DNA of 63,706 nucleotides, filler included, from Reticulomyxa filosa (taxonomy: Eukaryota; Protista; Foraminifera), in assembly GCA_000512085.1 (NCBI GenBank). It is 26 parts of 26 records of this genome, joined end to end, with 100 filler letters (N's around TTAATTAATTAA, not from the genome) between each part and the next. Parts side by side here need not be neighbours in the genome. Positions count along the whole stretch, not along the records: positions 42,810 to 45,700 come from ASPP01024854.1; positions 45,801 to 49,209 come from ASPP01026511.1; positions 49,310 to 51,403 come from ASPP01037294.1; positions 51,504 to 52,665 come from ASPP01016301.1; positions 52,766 to 53,962 come from ASPP01033378.1; positions 54,063 to 56,130 come from ASPP01028771.1; positions 56,231 to 58,771 come from ASPP01009069.1; 19 more parts are not named here. One strand, 5' to 3'. The number at the start of each line of letters is the position of its first letter. Position 1 is the first letter of the stretch. Position numbers and translations under genes: made by a program. The notes beneath the pieces are model-generated. The model was given only the letters and a program-made list of their open reading frames with translations. It ran no database searches and had not been told where the DNA came from. Below, piece after piece: positions 42,810 through 56,311 of the stretch.

Positions 42810-43083
42810 TGCTCCCTGTTGTAGGTTGAACAATTATATACACGCAAAAATTGTAGATTGTACTACAATCCATATATATTGAACTTACTGCGGTGTCCCA
42901 CAATTCAAGTTGATACGTTGTGTCTTGCCACATTATACCAATAGAGTTACGATCAAGTACGGTGGGAATATATTCGTCTGGAAAGTTTCCTGTTACATAA
43001 GTGATCAGAAAACAGGTTTTGCCCACTGCTCCATCACCTATTGTTACTAATTTTATGCGTCTTGTTGATTGATACTCTGTCAT
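42810..43083 (-). CDS. Rho/Rac family small GTPase, 5' part
   Basis: IKLVTIGDGAVGKTC, FPDEYIPTV, LELWDTA, then a GTAAGT donor at 42888. Confidence 0.9.
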
Positions 43084-43249
43084 TATTTACAAAGAAGCTA
43101 CTTTGATACGGAGTCCCTTTTTGATTCATTACTATTTCAGTGAGCCAGCATTGGTAAACTTTCTTTTAATCTTTCTTTTTACTTTTCTTTATTGTATGTT
43201 GTTTGTGATTGAATCAGCTAGAAAGAGAAGAGTTCCAAACTGTTATTGT

Positions 43250-43830
43250 AAATGGATTCGAAAATTAACAATTAAATTAGGATGGATACATGAATTTGAC
43301 AAACTTGTTATCAAATATGTTACGTTTTTTTTAAATCAATTATGTAAATATTTATTCACTATTTAATATAATTAGAAACTCCTTTTATGCTTGTCACATT
43401 TCGTTCATCATTTAAATTACTCAAACCATTCATTGGACATAATGGAAAATGTAAATAGTATCGATTATTCAACATTCAATGGTAGTCAATTTCTTTGTTC
43501 TGAATCACATGATGAAACAGTTCGTGTATGGAATATAAAAAGAAATAAACAAATACAAATATTAAATGGAAATTCTTATATATATATTGTCCATATCATA
43601 ATCAAAATTATCTTCGTAATGTTATTTGTTTTTTATCATTTGATAATACAATTCGATTTTGTGATATTCGATCAAATAAGAAAGAATCAACTGTAATCAA
43701 AGGAGATAAAAAAGATTATGGAATATTATGTTTTAAATTTCTACAGTTAAAAAAGAAAAACAATCATAATAGTCTTCGTGGTATTAATCTGTGTTATGGT
43801 ACTGGAAAAGGTACTATTCGATTCTGGGTG
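43250..43830 (+). pseudogene. Decayed WD40-repeat gene (same family as 5459-6511)
   Basis: WIRKLTIKLGWIHEFDKLVIKY and VNSIDYSTFNGSQFLCS..DETVRVWNI, with frameshifts. Confidence 0.75.
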
Positions 43831-44877
43831 AAATATCGTTTTCCCTACAAAAATAAAGTTGTTAATTGATTTGATACTTTTTTGATTATCAACTTTTCGC
43901 TAAAAAGAAAAGATAAATAATTATCTACAAATATCGTCAATTATTCTTATCTACAAAATAAATAAATTATATGTTTGCAGTCATTTTGTTTCAATACTAA
44001 ACTTGAATGTGAGAAAAAAAGGTCATAAAAATACAAAAATATTTTCCGTTCGGTGCTATAAAAAAGACGAAATAATCACAATGCTATTCCTTTCAAATGT
44101 TACATCAGCAACAATAGTTCAAAATTGCAAAATAAAAACAATTGAGAAAGTAAAATAGAAGGAAGATCATTATTCCTGACATGAGTGTCTGGGAACGTTC
44201 CCAGAACAGTTGTTACGGTCCTGGCACGTAGTGTTGATTGGTAATCGAATACCTGTGACCGATAACAATAACAATGAAAACAAGATATTAGAAATAGTTT
44301 GTCAAACTCGAGCATATATACAACTATATGAACGCAAGCGTCGTGAAGACGATGACCAAAGATGAAAATATGTTCGTCAACGTAACAAAAGTACAATTTT
44401 GTGAATATTGCCGACGTGACAGTAAAAAAGTCTACGAATTTGTGAATGTCATTGGCATTAAGAGTTGTGTATTTTTCCCTATTATTTATTTTTACATTGC
44501 ATCGTCAAGCTTCTTAAACGGATCTTCTCTGCATTTTTTTATATGCTAATAGATTTGTCTTTCTCAACTGACTCTATTTTTTGAAACTGTAATCTAATCT
44601 GATTCGGCTTAGTTGTTTGCCAATCCGGTTTCTCAATGTTGGGATAGCAACTTGTTCATCTTTAAAAAGTTTTTGCATACAAAGAAGCTATTTTTTTCCG
44701 ATTAGCTCATTCTGGTCTCTTGTGTATGTACATAAATTATTCATATCCAACGTTTTTGAAGGATAAAAAAAAATAGAGTAAACATTCCATCCTCAGAAAA
44801 AAGCTTACCATTCCAATCCGAAATATAAAAAAGATTGTTCGTCATAAGTTAAGCTAAAAAATATACAAAAAGAAAGG

Positions 44878-45582
44878 ATGGAAGAAAAAGGACCAAAGTA
44901 TGTAATGACTCCGCTTTCATTTGGCCAGTCGTGTCACGACATAAACTGGATTTCGAAAACGAATGCAACTGAAAAAATCAAGCCATATATTTGTTTAATT
45001 TGCAAACAAGTGACAAATAATTTTTTGGAATTAGATTGTGATGAGCACGAGGACGAAAAAGAAGTATTTGTCGTAGGTGAATCTTGTTTAAAGAGACATT
45101 TAAAGGAAAATGACCACCTATGTCCCATTCAACAGCATAAAGAGTGCAGTTCTAAAACGAGTAAAACAGTGCAGCGACAAATTGATAACTTGCAAGTTAT
45201 CTGTCCATTACAGTACGAACGCACTCAACGAATGCAAGTTGAAAAGATGGAAATTATCAAAGCTTGTGAATTCGAAGGGAAGATTAAGGATGTGCGTGAT
45301 CACTTGGACAAGTGCCCTTTGAAATCGAATTGTTATTTCGAACAGGTTGGGTGTGCTCATGTTTGCATTGAACAAGATTTAATTGGCCATTTGATTTCGA
45401 GTCATCAATTTCATTGTGATTTGATCAAGCAATTTATCCAACGTCATCAAGTTATTATTACTGGTTTTTTGAAACACCACTTTTTTTTTTTTGCAAATCA
45501 AGCCAGTAATAATAACAATGGGATAGGAGGAAAAAAAAGAATTACAATTGGAAATAGACAATTTAAAGCAGATAAAGGATGA
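44878..45582 (+). CDS. RING/TRAF-type zinc-finger protein (3' part incomplete)
   Basis: YICLICKQV, GESCLK..CPIQQH, VICPLQY, CEFEGKIKDVRDHLDKCPLK, CYFEQVGC..HL. Confidence 0.8.
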   Translation: MEEKGPKYVMTPLSFGQSCHDINWISKTNATEKIKPYICLICKQVTNNFLELDCDEHEDEKEVFVVGESCLKRHLKENDHLCPIQQHKECSSKTSKTVQRQIDNLQVICPLQYERTQRMQVEKMEIIKACEFEGKIKDVRDHLDKCPLKSNCYFEQVGCAHVCIEQDLIGHLISSHQFHCDLIKQFIQRHQVIITGFLKHHFFFFANQASNNNNGIGGKKRITIGNRQFKADKG

Positions 45583-45800
45583 AATAAAGTATGAAGAGAT
45601 CTCAGTGATATCGGCAGGAAAGACCACTTCGTCCTTCTCTCAAACTCAATCGTCTCATCCTACTCTGGTTTTTTAAGTATATATATATATATATATAACT
45701 NNNNNNNNNNNNNNNNNNNNNNNNNNNNNNNNNNNNNNNNNNNNTTAATTAATTAANNNNNNNNNNNNNNNNNNNNNNNNNNNNNNNNNNNNNNNNNNNN

Positions 45801-46370
45801 CTTGTTCCATATTTAACATTTCAAATGGTTTTGATTTATGTAATGATAAATGTAATTGTCTTAATGCTTCTTCTTCATAAATATAATTTAATGTTGTTAT
45901 TGTATTATTTGATTGATTGATTTGATTTTGAATATGATTTTGAATTTGAATTAAATTAGATAAAGATTGTTCAATTTGATTAGATCCTTTATATCCATTC
46001 CATTTAAAAAAACAACTATTTCCATAACTTGAAATAGGTAATATACATAATGATTTAATAATATTTTTTATTAAAATATTTGTTTGTATTTTATCTATTA
46101 ATAATATTTCATATTTTGTTTTTTTCCATAAATAAAGTCCATATAATAAATCTAATATTAATAAAATAATATTTATATAACTAATCATATCAATTAATAT
46201 AATAAATGATGATGTTCGAAGATAACGTGCAATTAAAAATGCTGTCATTGCAGTAGGTTGATTTACACGTAAATCTCTTTTACCTATTATCACTCGTAAT
46301 AAATAAGGATTTACACGAAATGCTGACATTATTACTGTAAATAATGTCAATATAAATATTCGATTCACAA
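45801..46370 (-). CDS. Hypothetical membrane protein fragment, with a degraded duplicate at 48168-48495
   Basis: ORF 45745..46368; near-identical DNA recurs 2.37 kb downstream with deletions. Confidence 0.45.
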
Positions 46371-48733
46371 ATGCTTCCAGTATTCCTTTACTTTTGTACT
46401 TAGTTCTTCGAGTTGTTTCAAGGTTAGTTTAGTTCTGTTGAAGTGTTTTGCATACACTTTTCCCAAGACATCACTGGACACGAGACTCTGCCAACTTGGA
46501 AAAAACATTGTTCGTATGACAAAGAAAATTTTTTTAAAAAAAAATTACGCAACCCTTCTAAGCGTTTTCTAAACGAAAACAACTTTTTATCAAAATAATC
46601 AATATGTCATATACGTAATCTTTTCCATTTTAATAATTATTCCATTTGAATGCGCAATTGCAAAAAAACATTCTTTTTTTTTTAATTGTAGGTCATTTTT
46701 ATTTTTTAAAAAAATGACTAGTTTTATTCAAAAATATTTTTTTAATCAAATATTCAATACTTAAGTCAGGTATTATATTATTTATCTGTTTTTGTCAAAT
46801 CCAAAAAATATATATAAAATGAATTAAATCAACAAGTGACAAGAGGGAACTTAGTTCCAGTTTTTTTTTATTTTTTATTTTTGTCATGGTGCTGTAAAGC
46901 AAAGTAAAGCAAATGGCAATAAGTAAATGTTTAAAACATTTAGAAGTAACAGCAATTACAAAAGCATCTACATTGTTTTTGTCACGTTTGGTCTTAATTG
47001 TTTAAGAAAAATCTGATTTTATTTCAAATAATAGAAGTTCTATTGTATTTGTCTCTTGATCACTGCACATGAAAAAGGAAAATTTGGAATATGTTTATTT
47101 AATTCAGCATCATGATTAATGTATTTTGATGTTAAAGTAATATCATTTTATCAGAATTTATATAATTTAGCTTCAATATTTTTAAGGAAAAAAAACAACT
47201 TTAGAAGATGGCTGTAAGAAAAGAACAACACAGGCAACCACTTCAACAAAGATATTTACAAAGCAAATGGGTATGTCTAAACGATTTCTATTCAAAGACA
47301 AAACAAACTGTATTATCAAAAATTAAAAAAAAAAAATGAAACCTTTGAAAAATATGTCAGATTATTATTTAATCATGTTTTCATTGGCAGCATTTTTTTC
47401 ATCATTAACAATGCATAAAGTATACAAGATAAAATTTTTAACTTTTTTTTTTTAAAAAGCGGTGCAATTTTTTTACTTGCGAAAATTCTAACAACAAGTA
47501 AACAAATTTCTATTGCACGCTTCAACAAAAAACAAATACCTGTGTTTCATACGCACAGGACAGAAAAAACGAACAAGAAAAACAAAACAAAACAAAAAAA
47601 AGCTTTCGCTTTGACAAAAAAAAAAGAGTTTTTTAAAAGGTGAAGTCAAACTACAGTATGACGCTATATTAATAATAGATCATGAGATATTTGATGAACT
47701 TATTTAGTATCAAAAAGTAATTAAATATTTTATGAAAATATATTTCTAATTTGTCAAATATTTTCTTAAATCATCAACAACAAGAAAGTGTTGAAAAGAA
47801 AACGACACATGTTTTCAAATTATTGTGAGATTAATCATTATTTTTTGATTGAGAAGAAGATTGAGATTAATATTGTTGTCGATTCCAAAATAAAGATAAA
47901 ATAATGACAACATTAATAGGAACAACAATAAAAGAGAAATAATTATCAGTCCAATGATATAAAGTATAAATGGAAGCAACAAAAATAAAAGTGATAACTT
48001 CAATTAAGACAATTATCAAAGGAATTAAAACAAGAGTAAGTAAACCAACATTAGAACTTAATCTCCACCAAAGTACTATAATAGTTGCAATAATAAATAA
48101 TCCTCCAAAAATATATAAAGCATACCAACCAACAAATAATGATAAATTAGAACAATTAAATCTAATACTTGTTCCATATTTAACATTTCAAATGGTTTTG
48201 ATTTATGTAATGATAAATGTAATTGTCTTAATGCTTCTTCTTCATAAATATAATTTAATGTTGTTATATTATTTGATTAATTGATTTGATTTTGAATATG
48301 ATTTTGAATTTGAATTAAATCAGATAAAGATTGTTTAATTTGATTAGATCCTTTATATCCATTCCATTTAAAAAAACAACTATTTCCATAACTTGAAATA
48401 GGTAATATACATAATGATTTAATAATATTTCATATTTTGTTTTTTTTCCCATAAATAAAGTTCATATAACAAATTTAATATTAATAAAATAATATAAATG
48501 AATATATGATATTATTACTTGTCACTTGATCATTGCAAATGAAAAAGGAATATTTCAAAGATATGTATTTTCTTGTTCCACAAAACAATTTGTCATATCA
48601 ATTGTCCGCACAGTTAACTATTCGGCTGCAACAACTTAAAAAAAAAAGTTACGACTATAATGATTGTGTTATCTTCAGGAAACGGATAATGTGCAACGTG
48701 AAAATATTATAATTGCAAAAAAGGAATATTATT

Positions 48734-49195
48734 TTAGATAGAATAAGGTTTACTAAAACTGGATTTGGTATGACTGTCGTCAACATTAGAAAAAAAGAAA
48801 TCCCAAAAAAAAGCGAGTAAACAACCAAGAGATAAAAGAAAAAAAGAATATTTGATTCGTTTATATTTGAGAGAGTTAGTAGAATATTGTTGCATGAATT
48901 GATCCTGAAAATCTTCTTCCCAAGAAGAAAAAGGTCTATTATGTTTGACTCTGTCTCTCCATTTAGATATAGTTTCTTGTGATATTTGATGATGACGCCA
49001 CCATGCATGTGCTTCTTCTTCTGTTTCAAATTCAGGTTGTGTTTTATTTTTATTGACAATATCACGATAAAATTTTTTGCGATATTCTTCTACATCATAT
49101 TCTTTTCCCTTCAAATTTTTCATTGATTCTATTTTTTCATTATAAGTCTTTCGTAATTCTTTGTCTGATAATATTTCATACGCTTGTGATATCAA
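48734..49195 (-). CDS. DnaJ (J-domain) protein, 3' part with C-terminal TM helix
   Basis: ISQAYEILSDKELRKTYN matches the end of a J domain; the HPD part lies beyond the contig edge. Confidence 0.7.
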   Translation of the reverse strand: MISQAYEILSDKELRKTYNEKIESMKNLKGKEYDVEEYRKKFYRDIVNKNKTQPEFETEEEAHAWWRHHQISQETISKWRDRVKHNRPFSSWEEDFQDQFMQQYSTNSLKYKRIKYSFFLLSLGCLLAFFWDFFFSNVDDSHTKSSFSKPYSI

Positions 49196-49429
49196 ACTTT
49201 TTTTTTTTTNNNNNNNNNNNNNNNNNNNNNNNNNNNNNNNNNNNNNNNNNNNNTTAATTAATTAANNNNNNNNNNNNNNNNNNNNNNNNNNNNNNNNNNN
49301 NNNNNNNNNGTCTGTTTATTAGTTATCTATCGATAAAATCAGGTCAGGATTAGCTTTTCAGTAGCTTCTTTAAAAATGTACAAATAATGACGATAAATAT
49401 GAACACTGTTACAATAAGAGAAACGATCG

Positions 49430-50110
49430 TATTTGCGGAAAGTATGACTGTTACATCCGAATAGTAATTTACACTTTTTAACATGTCGTCTTCTAATACT
49501 TCTTTATAAATTTCAGAGTTCATACAACCTTCTATCTTGCGGGCATTATCAACACCTTTTGCACCAAAGTAAGCCCGAATCATGATAATTCATCCACCAA
49601 ACATAGATCTTTTAATTATACAAATGTCTACTAAATCTTAATTTGGTTTTTTCCATACATATTTTATTATATCACTTTTACTCAAATTAGTTTTTGCTTC
49701 GTCTGAAAAATGGCTTTTTTCCAATAATATACAGTCTAGTGTTTATATAAATTTGCAAATTCTAACATTGCTTTGATATGACTATAATCTAAATCTGGCT
49801 TTTTCTTCTTAGTTACTGCTATCAAATCGTTTCTCTTTAGAGTTCTTGTTACAGTTTCATAAGAAACTTTGATTTCAAAATCATCATCTGACTCTTTTTT
49901 GACGTCTTTTGCAGTTTCGCACTTTCCAGAAACAATCTATATTACAATTTTACGCTGAACTAGCAAAGTAATATTCTATGACTGCAAAATCTAGCTTTTC
50001 TTTTTAAGGTTCCATTACACTTATATGACGACAGCCAAAATCGAAGCGAATACATACTTACATTAAATTTTTTTGCTACAGAACGAATGCTCGCTCCACA
50101 AACCAGCATA
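49430..50110 (-). mobile_element. Degenerate Tc1/mariner (IS630-Tc1) DDE transposase relic
   Basis: Minus-strand fragments LEFANL..WKKAIFSDEAK and GG..MIRAYFGAKGV..KIEGCMNSEIYKEVLEDDML, with many stops. Confidence 0.75.
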
Positions 50111-50364
50111 CCAACAGCAACTTAAAAGCAATCAAATGTTTCAATATTTTAAATATCAAAATTTAAAATGTCAATTAAAAATATTAACAATTAAAAAAAT
50201 TATCAGAAAAAAGAATTAATATTTAAAAACTACAAGATTAGTTGATATTTTTTTAAAAAAATTAAGTTTAAATCTTTATTTTTCATGGAGAAAATCGATT
50301 CTCTTCATATAGTGCCATTTAGGTATGTTAGTTTTTTTTGCAATATACTGTATTTCATTTTCAT

Positions 50365-50654
50365 AGGACAAAACTATTCGAATATGGGATGTGTCTTCAG
50401 GAAAACAACTTCAAGTATTAGAAGGACATAATACACATATCAACAGTATTCATTTATCAACTGACGATTCAAAACTAGTCTCATGTTCTAACGATAAATT
50501 AATGCAACTATGGGGTAGTGATAATGGTAAAATTGTTGATGTAACTGAGACTAGTGTGGTAGATTACATTTGGAGAGGTATTCAAAGTGGTTTGTCAATG
50601 AAAGATAGTATTTTGAAAGATGAACAAAAATTGCTTGTGAAACAACGTGTTTAA
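50365..50654 (+). pseudogene. WD40-repeat gene 3' fragment
   Basis: DKTIRIWDVSSGKQLQVLEGHNTHINSI..SKLVSCSNDK. Confidence 0.7.
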
Positions 50655-51659
50655 ATATTTTGGATATTTTTTAAAATTTTTTTACAGTGAAGATAATCGA
50701 TTTGCTTCATGAAAACAGACATTTAATTTTTAAACACTATCACAGAATTTTTTGCAATTTTGGAACTTTATTGCTTTTTTTCCCATTTTATTTGTTTTGA
50801 TACTATTTCAATTTTAAATTTTTTTTTGTTGCTTTCAAAGATTGGAATTCGTATTATAATTTTTTATGTTGGAATTGGGCTTACGTTGTAATAAACATTT
50901 TTTTGTTCTTTGAATATTTTAACAACTGTTTTGACTTGACGCGTTGGATGCGTCTGCGTAGTAAAAAAAAAGAAAATATCTTTTAAAAACACAAAAAACT
51001 GAACATACAAAGATTTTAAGGATACATAAATTTTTGGAAAATGGGTCATTTTCATAAGATGGCATTTTAGGCGGAAGTTTTTGCGATCTCTCGCTCATGA
51101 AATGTACTAAAATTTTTTTTTAAAAGTAAAATGTAAAAAGATTGGAATTTTGAAACTATTAGAAAAGCATAAACATTAGGACCTATTTGAAAACTACGTA
51201 ATTTTTTAACAAAAAAACGGGTTAAATATTGTTTTTTCGTGAAGAAAATCAGTTATCTCAATGAGGCGTCATTTTAGATAGAGAGTTTTTTTGATATTAA
51301 TTGCATCTATCATTAACGATGTAATGTTGTCCGAAATATAGAAAAAAGAAGTGTTGTGCGGAAAGTCGAATTTGGAATTGTTTTTCTAAAACTTTTTTTT
51401 TTTNNNNNNNNNNNNNNNNNNNNNNNNNNNNNNNNNNNNNNNNNNNNTTAATTAATTAANNNNNNNNNNNNNNNNNNNNNNNNNNNNNNNNNNNNNNNNN
51501 NNNTGGGGGCAGGTTGAAACGCACAACATTGACGAATTAACCGACTATAAAACCTATCATCAGGAGTTTTTACGGTTATTCGGCTTTGGTTATGCGGAAA
51601 TTGACTACAATGCCGACGTTTCGCCAATGGTGACATTAGCCAATTTAGCTTAAGATGAT

Positions 51660-51683
51660 AAAGCCGCCGGTTTGGCGGCTTTT
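51660..51683 (+). terminator. Putative rho-independent terminator
   Basis: AAAGCCGCC-GGTTT-GGCGGCTTTT hairpin upstream of nqrA. Confidence 0.5.
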
Positions 51684-51994
51684 GTTTGCGCAAAAAGGGG
51701 TATTCGGCAAAAAAACAGCCAGTGTTGAGTGGAAGCGGTTTTTTCAGAAGTTTTTGCCTGAAAATTGAACATTTTGGGCAACATTGACTACAATTGCCAA
51801 CAGTCAAATTCCTGACTGCAGAATTTTGTCTTTTATCATAGCTGGACTGGTGCTTTAGTGCTAAAATCGCCGCCCGGTACGTGTATCTGTTGAAATCTGG
51901 TTGATTTATAGCCGGTTTTCGCCAGATGCGCTGCGAGGCGAACAGCCAAAATCACCAGGCCCTGTTTCTTCCCGTTAAAGTAGTGCAAGTACGT

Positions 51995-52665
<671 letters not shown>

Positions 52666-52765
52666 NNNNNNNNNNNNNNNNNNNNNNNNNNNNNNNNNNN
52701 NNNNNNNNNTTAATTAATTAANNNNNNNNNNNNNNNNNNNNNNNNNNNNNNNNNNNNNNNNNNNN

Positions 52766-53962
52766 TATTCAAAGAATAACACCATGATCCATAACCAATG
52801 CACTGTTGCTATTAGCATAACCATTTTTGCTGGGGATTCACTTCAGCACCAATAGTAATATTAACAGCAACTTGCCCATTTCCATTTGCACATCTTCAAA
52901 GATCTATTCAAAAAGTTTAAGCAGCACATAACACACATATAAATAAATAATAAATATACGTTACAAAGGTGTTTTATTTTAAATATGTACACATAAAACA
53001 AAAACTTTTTCAGGCAATGGACCCAATCACGAATTATAGCGTCAGGTAACGGAAAGAGACAGGCGCACAAATAACCAACGAAATACCTTGAAGTCTTGTG
53101 TTGGAATGCGCGCACTGGTTTCAATGATAATAGTTCCATCAACCATCCCGTTATTTGGAACAATTGGGGGAAGCTAATATCATTGAAAGGCTCTTCCCCT
53201 GGAGCTAATATTTTTTTGGGTGGTCTTGTCAATGGCAGACCGTTCCACTTTTCGAATTTGAATGGCTCGGTTTTTGATAACCGAACAATTCACTCATATC
53301 CACAGCGACGGCGTCTTTAAGATAAGAGAGGTGAGATGATAGAAGAGAGAGAGGGGGAGGCTTGACCGCTGACATAAATATTGCACTCAGCAGAGCCCAG
53401 CGCCACCAACACATTGCAAATATGCAGCTTTTGTTTTGTTCGGCAAATAACAGAGCGACTTTTGAATCGTCGACTCATTATCGATTGGCACGACTTGTTG
53501 CTTTTTGTAATAAATAGTGCAACAACACTACCTCTCTTCCGCGACACCAATAGCAGTGGATCAAATATCGGCGCACACAATACCAGTCCAATATATTGAA
53601 GTAATTGACAAATGTGTAGAATGAACATGGATTGCGTTATCTTTATCGTCGTTGTCATTATCATTGGACTGCGCTTGACATTGTTACACACCGTGTAGTA
53701 GTTTCTATTGAGGGGGCGCACTATGTGAAATCAGTCCATGTTAAGATTCGCAAAGTTGCTACTGTGGGTATGAAGAGCTATTCCTAATCAAAGTAAAGTC
53801 GACAGATTGTTTTTTTTTAAAAATACATCCAACAACGGTATGGCCTTGAATAATCTTCTTCCACATCATCTCCTTCTTATTTGCTAATGACCTTGACTTG
53901 AGTATCGCAAAACACATGTACCAAATTGGAGCCACAACAATATCGGGAGAATGATTCCATGT
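52766..53962. repeat. Second copy of the degenerate repeat family at 18140-19275 (opposite orientation)
   Basis: For example 52860-52906 is the near-exact reverse complement of 19140-19187; similarity spans the whole contig. Confidence 0.85.
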
Positions 53963-56311
53963 NNNNNNNNNNNNNNNNNNNNNNNNNNNNNNNNNNNNNN
54001 NNNNNNTTAATTAATTAANNNNNNNNNNNNNNNNNNNNNNNNNNNNNNNNNNNNNNNNNNNNTTTTTTTTAATAGAAAAAATGTTGACAAAATTGGACTA
54101 AAAAATTGTATTATGCGAACAAAGCTTTACAAAGTTTATGCAGTCTATAGATAAATTGTATATATGTACCAACAAATCGAAAAAGTTTTATAACAGTTAT
54201 AACAAAGCAGTCGCTAAGCTACTAGTGCATATATAGTCATTATACACAAAACATAGTTATCAGTCTGCCGAGTTTCATGACGGACTTTCAAAAAGAAAAA
54301 AAAGATTGTACGTATGAAGACTACAAAGAAGACCATGAAGATTATGACCCAAAAGAAAATTCTTCAATTTGAAGACTATGATTCTTAATTCGAACAAACA
54401 TCAGTTTCTGTCGTGAATACAAGTGGAATATACAAAATTTTTTGCCTTTGGACGTCGTATATCGCAAGAATTGAAAAAAATGATAAAATTAATTTGATAA
54501 ATGTTGGCAATTGATCGATTAAAACATAATGTTTTACAACATAACTTTAGTGTATTTTTTTTTTTTTTTTGATGTTTTAATTGAATTTTTTTTGAATCAG
54601 GTGCTTTGTAACAAAAGGCATTTGGTATATTGATGCAGATATTACAAACAACTGATCAAATTGAAAATGAAGTACGCTCATTACTGTAGCTCTTACAATG
54701 AAAACTCTTGATGAAATCTAAAAGACTTTCGCTTAGTTCATCGAAAGTTGAAGAAACTCAAGAAAGGGGCGTTGGAACATTGAGACAAATCTGCAGACAA
54801 AACCAGGAAAGAGCTTGTCGAAACATTCATTCAAGCTGACAATATTCGCGACATGCGCACAACAATTAGAAACAAATGCTGCACGTTCAAAATATTCAGC
54901 CAAAAGGATATACTGCATTCTATCAGTAGAAATGGACTTGTTCTAAGATACATAAGTCTATAATAGACTCGATCCGTATTTGCGAATGTTCAGGCGAACA
55001 CAATTAACAAGACCAAATATTTGGACGATAATACATACAGTGTCTCGCATTAACATCAATATCACTATTCTGCAGTAGAAAATATACTTTGCACAGTACA
55101 TGCACATCGACAGCAAGATTCCCAAATGTCATCGTCGTCAATCCAAATGTCACCACACAACAACAATTTACATATTGGTTGAATTAGATTATGACATCGT
55201 CTAGTAATCAATTATTGAGTCTAAAATATCATTATACTGTTTTGACCATATGATAGCATTTTTCAATCTTTTTTTTTAGTTGCTACATATATATATTTAT
55301 TGTTATAATATGATTTTAGTTTTGCGTAATAAATCTAATAAAAAACTACAATAAAACTTATACCATTTGACGTTAAAATAAAAACTAACGATTATACAAA
55401 AGATAGATCATTGACAGAAAAGTCTGCATAAGAAAAAAAAGAATAAGAAGACATTTGCGCAAACACAACGACCGTTGCCTGTATAATTGAAAAAAATCGA
55501 AATAGACTTACATACACCAACTAATGGTGGTGGTTGTAAATAAGTGGAAATTGTCGTTTAAAAAAAAAAATTTACTAACAAATTATTACGTAATAATAAT
55601 GACCATACACTTAAATGCTAATTTTTGTACTTACATCTTCCAACATTCGTTTGAATGGACAACAGCTTTATATCATTAAATGACAAAAAATTAATATTCC
55701 TGTTTGCAACGAATGAAGTTTAAGCAAAACGAATTTTTGATGAAATAGTATTAACTATGATATGTTTCTAACCAAAAAGCAAAGCGATAATATTATAACA
55801 ACTTCGGTGCAATAATATAATTGAATCAATGCAATATTTTTGAATTTGAATTTGGTTTTAAATTGATCGCACAATAATTGATGAGAATTGATTTTGAAGC
55901 AATATAGCAAAAAAAAGAAGTACAGAAGGTTTAGCAACACTTTGGAGCGAAAAAGGAATCTACACATCCACGCAAAATAGAGAGCTATTGTACATGGCTA
56001 TCAAACACTAGCTGATAATAAACTAGGCTTCGAAGATAAAAGCGTGGATGTTGTAAAACTATTGAAAAAGCAACAATACAAAAATCAAATCCGAATAAAC
56101 AATTTATCACTATCTTTCTTCAAACTTTCANNNNNNNNNNNNNNNNNNNNNNNNNNNNNNNNNNNNNNNNNNNNTTAATTAATTAANNNNNNNNNNNNNN
56201 NNNNNNNNNNNNNNNNNNNNNNNNNNNNNNTTTTTTTTTTTTAAAGTGTATTATAACGTATACGTGGGTTTATAGCAACATTTTTTTGTATTGTATTGGA
56301 TCACTAAATAG

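Noticed and set aside
54063-56130. Coding-like but broken sequence (possible transposon relic)
   Set aside because: No motif I can identify with confidence.
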